A stretch of DNA of 64,000 nucleotides, taken from positions 1 to 64,000 of the forward strand of contig JBDRPD010000108.1 in assembly GCA_043827405.1 (NCBI GenBank), given 5' to 3'. The notes under the pieces were generated by a model, which was given only the letters and a program-made list of their open reading frames with translations, had not been told where the DNA came from and made no database searches. The translations under genes and the position numbers were made by a program. How positions within the stretch are numbered: the first letter of the stretch is position 1; each line of letters begins with the position of its first letter. Below are positions 39,323 through 46,814 of the stretch, piece after piece. The stretch is from Elusimicrobiota bacterium. GTDB taxonomy: Bacteria; Elusimicrobiota; Elusimicrobia; UBA1565.

Positions 39323-40176
39323 CTGTACGATTCGCGATACTCGGAGGCTCCGGCCTCTATCAGATGAAGGACATCCGGGACGTCGAGGAGCGCCGCATAG
39401 AGACGCCGTTCGGCGACCCGTCCGACGCGATTATGCTGGGCACGGTCGCCGGCGTTCGCTGCGCGTTCCTGCCGCGGCACGGACGCGGACACCGCTTTCT
39501 CCCGACCGAACTTCCCAGCCGGGCCAATATCTGGGCGCTGAAGTCGCTGGGCGTGGAGCGCATCCTCTCCATGGGCGCCGTGGGCTCGCTGCGCGAGGAA
39601 TTCGCCCCCCGCGACTTTGTCTTTCCGGATCAGCTGGTGGATGAGACGCGCCACCGGACCTCAACCTTCTTCGGCGACGGCATCGTGGCGCATGTCGCCT
39701 TCGCCCGCCCCTTCTGCGACCCGCTGTCGGAGATGCTTCACGCCTCAGCCAAGGGGCTGGGCCTTAATGCGCACCGGGGCGGGACCTACTGCTGCATGGA
39801 GGGCCCCTCTTTCTCCACCATCGCCGAGTCCAACATGCACCGGCAGTTCGGCTACGCCGTCATCGGCATGACGGCGGCGGGCGAAGCCAAGCTCGCGCGC
39901 GAGGCCGAGATCTGCTACTCCCCCGTCGCCATGATCACGGATTATGACTGCTGGAAGGAGGACGATCACGTGACGACCGAGAAAGTCGTCGAGCACCTGC
40001 TGGCGAACGTTGAAAACGCCCAGCGGCTCATCGCCGACGTCCTGCCCAAGCTCGACCAGGCGCCCGCCGGCTGCGGCTGCGGCGAAGCCCTCAAGGGCGC
40101 GATCTTCACCGCGCCCGAAGCGCGCGATAAAGAAACGGCCAAGAAGCTGGAGCTGCTGATTAAGAAATATGTCTAA
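39319..40176 (+). CDS. mtnP: S-methyl-5'-thioadenosine phosphorylase
   Basis: ILGGSGLY, TPFGDPSD, LPRHGRGH, ANIWALK, EGPSFST, IGMT, TDYDCW. Confidence 0.93.
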   Translation: MTVRFAILGGSGLYQMKDIRDVEERRIETPFGDPSDAIMLGTVAGVRCAFLPRHGRGHRFLPTELPSRANIWALKSLGVERILSMGAVGSLREEFAPRDFVFPDQLVDETRHRTSTFFGDGIVAHVAFARPFCDPLSEMLHASAKGLGLNAHRGGTYCCMEGPSFSTIAESNMHRQFGYAVIGMTAAGEAKLAREAEICYSPVAMITDYDCWKEDDHVTTEKVVEHLLANVENAQRLIADVLPKLDQAPAGCGCGEALKGAIFTAPEARDKETAKKLELLIKKYV

Positions 40177-40188
40177 CAGGATACCCGC

Positions 40189-40761
40189 ATGACCCTAAAC
40201 AAAACATACCGGAAACTCATCGAAACCGCGAAGCGCGCGCGCCGCAAGGCCTATTGCCCCTACTCCCGCTACGCCATCGGCTCGGCGGTGCTGACGGAAT
40301 CCGGGCAGATATTTTCCGGCGCAAACGTGGAGAACGCCTCCTACGGGCTAAGCCTGTGCGGCGAGCGCGTCGCCATCTTCAACGCCATCAGCCGCGGAGC
40401 GAAATGGCTGAAGGCCATCTGCGTTGTCGGCCGCAGCGCCCGCCCCTGCGGCGCCTGCCGCCAGGTCATGCTCGAGTTCAGCTCCAAGGAAACCGATCTG
40501 ATCTGCGTTGATCTCAAGACGGAAACGGGACGCGACTCCATCACCGTCACCAAGATGTTCAAAAGTCTGCCGCACTCCTTCGACCCGCTCGATGCCGGCC
40601 TGCTGCCGACTAATCCGCAGAACCTGCTCAAGCGCAGCAAGGCGCGCTCGCAGGAGAAGCAGAAGCGGCGCAGCGCCCGCAAGGCGAGGAGCGCAGCGCC
40701 GCGCAGAAAGAAGCGCCGCACCGTCGGCAAAAAACGCGCCGCCCGCAAGAGAGGCCGATAA
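40189..40761 (+). CDS. cdd: Cytidine deaminase (homotetrameric type) with basic C-terminal extension
   Basis: AYCPYS, GANVENASYG, CGERVA, PCGACRQ. Confidence 0.9.
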   Translation: MTLNKTYRKLIETAKRARRKAYCPYSRYAIGSAVLTESGQIFSGANVENASYGLSLCGERVAIFNAISRGAKWLKAICVVGRSARPCGACRQVMLEFSSKETDLICVDLKTETGRDSITVTKMFKSLPHSFDPLDAGLLPTNPQNLLKRSKARSQEKQKRRSARKARSAAPRRKKRRTVGKKRAARKRGR

Positions 40762-41141
40762 TGAACAAGCGAACACTGCAGGACGTCGCCGATTGGATGA
40801 AGACGACCGACCTGGCGCGGGTGTCCTATCGCCGGGCCGGAGAAACCATCGAGTTTTCCCTGGAAGACGCCCCCAGTGCGGCGGAGTCCGCCTTCCCTCC
40901 CTGCCGGCTGATCCCGGTCAGCGCCCGGGAAGTCGGTCTATTCCGACCCGGCCCGCTCGGCACGGCCGGCGGAATCGAGAAAGGCTCCGAGGTCAAGGAA
41001 GGCGCGGTACTGGGACTCATCGCCGCCGGGAAAGAACAGCACGAAGTGAAAGCTCCCGCCGCCGGGCGCATCATCTCGGCGTTGGTCGAAGACGGCGACC
41101 CGGTGGAATACGGCCAGCCACTGTTCTTCATCCAGCCCTAA
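40761..41141 (+). CDS. accB: Biotin carboxyl carrier protein-like, atypical biotinylation motif
   Basis: AccB-like N-terminus, VGLFRPGP, VKEGAVLGLIAAGKEQHEVKAP, VEDGDPVEYGQPLF. Lies upstream of accC. Confidence 0.75.
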   Translation: MNKRTLQDVADWMKTTDLARVSYRRAGETIEFSLEDAPSAAESAFPPCRLIPVSAREVGLFRPGPLGTAGGIEKGSEVKEGAVLGLIAAGKEQHEVKAPAAGRIISALVEDGDPVEYGQPLFFIQP

Positions 41142-41147
41142 CCCAGC

Positions 41148-42869
41148 GTGATACGGCCGTCCAAGATCGAGTGCTCCAAATGCCGCGAGCCGGCGACCCT
41201 GACTGACCTGCATTGCCCCAAGTGCCGCGGTCGGGTGGTCAAGCACTGCGGCTCCTGCGGCTGGGTGCTTTCGGTACTAAAGAAGTACTGCGACTCCTGC
41301 GGCGAACCGCAGGAGGTCGTAAGCAATACGCCGATGCCGCGCCAGCTTCCGCCCGCCGCTGAGCAGAAACCCAAAGAGCCGCCGCAGAAGACGCCCCCTC
41401 CGAAAGCGAAAAAAGAGGCGCCCAAAAAGGACGACGGCGGCATAAATCTCTCGCTGCCGAAAGAAGAGCCGAAGCTCCCGCGCTCCCTAAGTGACGGCGC
41501 CAAAAAGCCGCCGCAAGACATTCCGCATACGATCATGCGGCGGCTCGACGAAGCACCGCGGGACGCGGCGCCGGCCCGGGAAAAAGCGCGCGAACGGAGC
41601 GCGCCGCGGGAGCGCGAGAAAGACCAGCCGCGCATCGAGTACCGCGACCCGCCCCGCGAGCAGCAGCGCCCGCGCCGCTCCCGCAGCGACCGCGGACGCA
41701 CCGCCGTCCATACCCTCGTCCGTGAACGGCCGGTATTTTCCACCCTGCTGGGCCTGATCCTGCTGCTGGCCACGGCGGGGGCGTACTTCACCGTCTGGAA
41801 ATCACGGCGCACGCCGCAGCGGCTGCTGCTCAAGACGACCAGCGCCTACCTGGCGGCGCTGAAAGCCAAGCGCTACGACGCCGCCTACCAGATACTGTCC
41901 ACGGAGGCGCGCGACAGCTGTACGCTCGAGCGCTTCAGTACGCTGCAGGAGCCGCAGAGCTGGAACTACGACAAAATCCGCATCGTCTCCATTTCTCCCG
42001 AACGGGCGCTGGTCCAGTATGAACTGCTGACCTCGGGACGCACGATGGAGAATGACTGGCTCTATTTCTACAACGAAAACGGCAAGTGGCGGCGCACCTA
42101 TTGGTGGCATCTGATGCCGGAGATCGAAGAAGCCCTGGAGACGGAGAATGCCGCCGGCGCATTCGCGCTGGCCGAAAAAGCCGCCCGCATCAATCCCCTC
42201 GATCCCATGCCGCCCAGCTATCTGTGCGAGGCGGCTTATGCGCAAAGCGGTTACGCCGCAGCCGAGACCTATTGCCGCCGCGCCCTGGACATGGCCGCGG
42301 TCTACCCTTCCCGGCTGGGCGCGGAAGGCATGCTGCGCCTGCGCCTAATCCTCGCCGATACCTACCGCAACGGCCTCGGCGACATCACCAAGGCCGTACA
42401 GCAGTATGACCAAATTCTCGCCGACCCGCTCATGCGGGGCAAAAAGCACTGCGACGTGCGCCTGGCCAACGCCGACGCCCGCTACCTGCTCGGCGACTAC
42501 GAACAGGCCAGCGAGCAATTCCGCGCCGCCGGCGAAGACTGCCGGCAGGAAGAGGAGATCGCCTACGTGCAGCGGACTTCGCGCATGCTCACGGGGAAGG
42601 CGGACGCGGAAGCCGTCGCCGCCGCCCAGGAGTACCATATGCCCGGCGACAAGCTTTCACTCCTGCAGTGGCGGCAGAAATCCCGCCGGGAAGTCTCCAA
42701 GCGGTTCGGCACAAAGCTGATAAAATACCGGGACGAGGAGAGCTGGGAAGCCCGCCACCTTTCCGGCGCGAACTACGAGGTCGTGGTCCGCAACCAAAGC
42801 GGTGAAGTACTGACCGCCCAGGTCGATCTATGGACGCAGAACGTCAAGGTGAAGATCCATGTTCAATAA
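41148..42869 (+). CDS. Double zinc ribbon, Pro/charged linker, TM, TPR-like periplasmic region and C-terminal domain
   Basis: CSKC, CPKC, CGSC, CDSC; TM VFSTLLGLILLLATAGAYF; TPR-like helices. Confidence 0.8.
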   Translation: MIRPSKIECSKCREPATLTDLHCPKCRGRVVKHCGSCGWVLSVLKKYCDSCGEPQEVVSNTPMPRQLPPAAEQKPKEPPQKTPPPKAKKEAPKKDDGGINLSLPKEEPKLPRSLSDGAKKPPQDIPHTIMRRLDEAPRDAAPAREKARERSAPREREKDQPRIEYRDPPREQQRPRRSRSDRGRTAVHTLVRERPVFSTLLGLILLLATAGAYFTVWKSRRTPQRLLLKTTSAYLAALKAKRYDAAYQILSTEARDSCTLERFSTLQEPQSWNYDKIRIVSISPERALVQYELLTSGRTMENDWLYFYNENGKWRRTYWWHLMPEIEEALETENAAGAFALAEKAARINPLDPMPPSYLCEAAYAQSGYAAAETYCRRALDMAAVYPSRLGAEGMLRLRLILADTYRNGLGDITKAVQQYDQILADPLMRGKKHCDVRLANADARYLLGDYEQASEQFRAAGEDCRQEEEIAYVQRTSRMLTGKADAEAVAAAQEYHMPGDKLSLLQWRQKSRREVSKRFGTKLIKYRDEESWEARHLSGANYEVVVRNQSGEVLTAQVDLWTQNVKVKIHVQ

Positions 42870-44235
42870 GATACTGATCGCCAACCGCGGCGAGATCGCC
42901 GTCCGCGTGATACGCGCCTGCCGGGAAATGGGGATCAAGACCGTCGCCGTCTACTCCGAAGCCGACCGGGAGTCGCGCCACCTGGCTCTCGCGGACGAGG
43001 CGGTGTGCATCGGCCCCGGCCCGTCCACGCAAAGCTACCTGAACTATGCGCGCGTCCTCGCGGCCGCGGAGATCACCGGCGCGGACGGGATTCACCCCGG
43101 CTACGGTTTCCTGTCGGAAAACGCGGCCTTCGCCCGCGCCTGCGCCGAGCGCAACATTGTTTTTATCGGCCCGCCGGCCGAAGCGATCTCGTCTCTCGGC
43201 GATAAGATGGCCGGCAAGAAGCTGGCCATCCGCTCGAACGTGCCGGTCGTGCCCGGGACGAGCGGGGCCGTCGATCTAAAGAAGCTCAAGGAGATCGAGG
43301 CCCTCGGCTTCCCCGTCATGGTCAAGGCTTCGGCCGGAGGCGGGGGCAAGGGCCTGCGCATCGTTGCAACCGCCCAGCAGCTGCGCGGAGAAATCGAACG
43401 CGCGGCGGCGGAAGCCCAGGCGGCCTTCGGCAACGATTCCGTTTTCGTGGAAAAATTCATCGTTCGGCCCCGGCATGTGGAGATTCAGATACTCGCCGAC
43501 CGGCACGGCCATGTCGTCGCCTGCCCCGAGCGCGACTGCACCGTCCAGCGCCGGCACCAGAAGCTCATCGAGGAATCGCCCTCGCCCTCCGTCACCCCCG
43601 AGATTCGCCGGCAGATGCAGGAGGCGGCCATACGCCTGGCCCAGTCCTGCGGCTACCACAACGTGGGCACGGTGGAGTTCCTGCTGGACCCCGACGGCCG
43701 CTTCTACTTTATCGAGGTCAACACGCGCCTGCAGGTCGAGCATACGGTTACCGAGACGGTCACCGGTCTGGACCTGTGCCGGGAGCAGATCCTGCTGGCC
43801 GCCGGCGAGAAGCTCTCATTCGACCAGGCCCGGGCGTCCGAGATCCGCTGCCATGCGATCGAAAACCGCATCAACGCCGAGGACGCCGAGCGCGACTTCG
43901 CGCCGTGCCCGGGGAAAATCACCGGCCTGGTTCTGCCGGATGGTCCGGGCGTGCGCGTCGATACGCACCTCTACGCCGGCTACACCGTACCGACCTACTA
44001 TGACAGCCTGCTCGCCAAGCTGATCGTCAGCGGCGCCGACAGAGAACGCGCGATCGCCCGCGCGCTGCGCGCGCTCGCGGAGTTCCGCGTCGACGGCATC
44101 TCCACCACCATACCGTTCCACCAAAAAGTTCTGGCGAACGCGCAGTTCCAGACCAGCGACTTCGACACCAGCTTCGTCGACCGGCTGCAGGAAAAAACCA
44201 AACCCTCGTCCCAAAACGGTAAGACCCATGGCTAA
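42859..44235 (+). CDS. accC: Acetyl-CoA carboxylase biotin carboxylase subunit
   Basis: ILIANRGEIAVR, HPGYGFLSEN, KASAGGGGKG, RDCTVQRRHQK, EVNTRLQVEH, YDSLLAK. Confidence 0.96.
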   Translation: MFNKILIANRGEIAVRVIRACREMGIKTVAVYSEADRESRHLALADEAVCIGPGPSTQSYLNYARVLAAAEITGADGIHPGYGFLSENAAFARACAERNIVFIGPPAEAISSLGDKMAGKKLAIRSNVPVVPGTSGAVDLKKLKEIEALGFPVMVKASAGGGGKGLRIVATAQQLRGEIERAAAEAQAAFGNDSVFVEKFIVRPRHVEIQILADRHGHVVACPERDCTVQRRHQKLIEESPSPSVTPEIRRQMQEAAIRLAQSCGYHNVGTVEFLLDPDGRFYFIEVNTRLQVEHTVTETVTGLDLCREQILLAAGEKLSFDQARASEIRCHAIENRINAEDAERDFAPCPGKITGLVLPDGPGVRVDTHLYAGYTVPTYYDSLLAKLIVSGADRERAIARALRALAEFRVDGISTTIPFHQKVLANAQFQTSDFDTSFVDRLQEKTKPSSQNGKTHG

Positions 44236-44821
44236 ACTTCAGGACACGATACGCCGGCAGCTGCAGGACACCTCGGACCTGATGGCGGCGACCATTGAGC
44301 ATGCCGACACGATCGCCGATATGGCAGAACGCCTCATCAAAACGCTCAGTGAACGCGGGAAGATCCTGACCTTCGGCAACGGAGGCTCGGCCTGCGACGC
44401 GCAGAACTTCGCCGACGAACTCGTCGGCCGCTACGAGCGCAACCGCCCGCCGCTGCCGGCGCTCGCGCTGACCACGAACTCGTCGGACCTCACCGCGATC
44501 TCCAACGACTTCGGCTTCGAGGAAGTCTTCAGCCGCCAGCTCAAGGCGCATGCCCAGAACGGCGACATCGCGGTGGCGATATCCACCTCGGGAAATTCAC
44601 CCAATGTCCTCAAGGCCGCGCGCTCCGCCCGCGAGATGGGGCTGACGGTGCTGGGCCTCAGCGGCCAGTCGGGCGGCAAGCTTAAGGAGCTCTGCGATGT
44701 CTGCCTCTGCGTCCCCTCAACGACGGTGGCGCGCATTCAGGAAGTCCATATCACCGTCATCCAGATACTCTGCGGTCAAATCGAAGAGGCCTTGTTCCCC
44801 GATGCGCCCAAAGCCCACTAG
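44228..44821 (+). CDS. gmhA: Phosphoheptose isomerase
   Basis: FGNGGSACDAQ, ISNDFGF, ISTSGNSPNV, RIQEVH. Confidence 0.93.
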   Translation: MAKLQDTIRRQLQDTSDLMAATIEHADTIADMAERLIKTLSERGKILTFGNGGSACDAQNFADELVGRYERNRPPLPALALTTNSSDLTAISNDFGFEEVFSRQLKAHAQNGDIAVAISTSGNSPNVLKAARSAREMGLTVLGLSGQSGGKLKELCDVCLCVPSTTVARIQEVHITVIQILCGQIEEALFPDAPKAH

Positions 44822-45278
44822 CCGCAAAATCGCGAGCCTCCGCCGCCTGCTCAGGCTGCGGGCGGGCTGGAAGCGCGCACGCCGCAAGGTCGTATTCACC
44901 AACGGCGTCTACGACATCCTGCACCCCGGGCACATCATGCTCCTGGAAAAAGCGCGCGCCCTCGGCGACGTGCTGGTCCTCGGCGTTAATTCGGACAAAT
45001 CCGCGCGCGGACTCAATAAGAAAGGCCCCCGGCGGCCGGTCAACAAGCTCAAGGATCGCATGCTGGTTCTGGCGGCGCTTTCCGCGGTGGACGCCGTGAT
45101 CGCATTCGGCGAAGACACCCCGGCGCGGCTGCTCTCCCGGCTCAAGCCCGACATCCAGGTCAAGGGCGGCGACTACAAGCCCCACCAGGTTCCCGAAAGC
45201 GTCCACGCCGGCAAGCTCGTCCTGGTGCCCCTCAAGAAGGGCTATTCGACGACCAAGCTGCTGCGGCGATTGAAATAG
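44802..45278 (+). CDS. rfaE2: D-glycero-beta-D-manno-heptose 1-phosphate adenylyltransferase (HldE domain II)
   Basis: VFTNGVYDILHPGH, GVNSDKS, KPDIQVKGGDY, GYSTT. Confidence 0.92.
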   Translation: MRPKPTSRKIASLRRLLRLRAGWKRARRKVVFTNGVYDILHPGHIMLLEKARALGDVLVLGVNSDKSARGLNKKGPRRPVNKLKDRMLVLAALSAVDAVIAFGEDTPARLLSRLKPDIQVKGGDYKPHQVPESVHAGKLVLVPLKKGYSTTKLLRRLK

Positions 45279-45288
45279 CGTTTTCCCC

Positions 45289-45903
45289 ATGACCACCGCG
45301 CTGCTAATCCTTAACGGCGAATTAAGCTCGCCGGCCAAGGTCAAGCTGCTCGCCAAAGAAGCGGATGTGATCGTGGCCGCCGACGGCGGCGCCCGCCACT
45401 GCCGACAGCTCAAGCTCGCGCCGGACCTGGTGATCGGCGACATGGACTCTCTCCCCAGGCCGCTTCCGAAGTGGAAGAATACGGCCTTCTGCTGCGACTT
45501 TGACGAGGATCGCTCGGACTTTGAGAAGGCGTTGGAATACCTGGAGGGCATGGAGGCCGGCCCGGTCTGGATCGTCGGCGCCCTGGGCGGACGTCCCGAT
45601 CATGCCCTGGTCAACCTGAGCCTGATCGAGCACTGGGCCCGCAGGCTGCCGCTGGTCCTCGCCGACGGCGGACTGGCGCAGCCGGCCGGCCCCGGGCGCT
45701 ACGCCTATGCCTGCGGCAAAGGCGCCGCGGTGACCCTGCTGCCCATCACCGGCAGCTGCCGGCTCTCCACCCGGGGCCTGCGGTATACGCTTAAAAATGA
45801 AACCCTGCGCCGCGGCAGCCGGGGCTTAAGCAACCGCACGACCGCCGGAGAATTCAAGGTCCACGTGCACTCCGGCCGCCTGTGGATCATGCTGCCGGAA
45901 TAA
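45289..45903 (+). CDS. thiN: Thiamine diphosphokinase
   Basis: AADGGA, IGDMDS, SDFEKAL, GGRPDH, TRGLRY, GLSN. Confidence 0.92.
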   Translation: MTTALLILNGELSSPAKVKLLAKEADVIVAADGGARHCRQLKLAPDLVIGDMDSLPRPLPKWKNTAFCCDFDEDRSDFEKALEYLEGMEAGPVWIVGALGGRPDHALVNLSLIEHWARRLPLVLADGGLAQPAGPGRYAYACGKGAAVTLLPITGSCRLSTRGLRYTLKNETLRRGSRGLSNRTTAGEFKVHVHSGRLWIMLPE

Positions 45904-46814
45904 TGGACAGCCCGGACCGCATCGCCAAGCGCCTAACCCGGATCGGCGCCTATGCGGCGGCGCGCGCCTACTCCCTCTATACCCAGCGCCGCTGGCGCCA
46001 TCCGGGAACGAGCATCACCGACACCCCGCGGTATCGCGACTTCTGCGCCCGGGCAGCCCAGGACAAATCGTTCGCGCGCTTCCGCGCCGATCCGATCTGC
46101 CGGCTCTTCATCGAGAACAACAACTCCGATGAGGGCCGCTATTACCTGCAGGCCATGCTGGACGGCGCGCCGCATTACAAAAACTTCCTCGACAAATTCC
46201 GCACCAACGACAAGTTCGGCGGCGGCGGCGCCTTCGTCTACGGCAAGAACGGGCGGTTCGCGCCGACGACATTGCGCTACGCCAAATACCTAAGCGACTG
46301 CGAGCGGCATTTCGGCGCGCTGGACTCCAGGCGCGTGGTCGAGATAGGCGGCGGCTACGGCGGACTGTGCAAGCTGTTTTTCGACCGCTTCGACCTCGCC
46401 CGCTACTATCTGGTGGATCTGCCCGAAACGCTCGCGCTGGCGCGCCGCTACCTGTGCGCAACGCTCGGCGAAGAGACGGTCATCGGCAAGATCATCTTCG
46501 TTAACGCCAAGGACAATGCCGCGCTGACGCGCCATCTCAAGATGGATTTTTTTGACCTGGCGGTGAGCACGCTGGCCTTCTCCGAATGCGCGCGGGAAAT
46601 GCAGAAAACCTACATCGACTTTGTTTTCAACAAAAGCACCTACGGCTATCTGGTTATGAACGCTTTGAGCGGCGCCTTCGGCATCGACTCCCACAGCGAC
46701 GCCGAGGTCCAGGGACGGCTGTTTAAGACCGTCGAGGCGGAGGAAGATCCGGGCTGGTGGTGGGACGACCGCGTGACGATCTGGACCTGGAAGCCGGAAA
46801 GGATCGGGCTCTAG
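45903..46814 (+). CDS. Putative sugar O-methyltransferase (class I SAM-dependent)
   Basis: PTTLRY, VVEIGGGYGGL, YLVDLPE, AFSEC. Confidence 0.75.
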   Translation: MDSPDRIAKRLTRIGAYAAARAYSLYTQRRWRHPGTSITDTPRYRDFCARAAQDKSFARFRADPICRLFIENNNSDEGRYYLQAMLDGAPHYKNFLDKFRTNDKFGGGGAFVYGKNGRFAPTTLRYAKYLSDCERHFGALDSRRVVEIGGGYGGLCKLFFDRFDLARYYLVDLPETLALARRYLCATLGEETVIGKIIFVNAKDNAALTRHLKMDFFDLAVSTLAFSECAREMQKTYIDFVFNKSTYGYLVMNALSGAFGIDSHSDAEVQGRLFKTVEAEEDPGWWWDDRVTIWTWKPERIGL

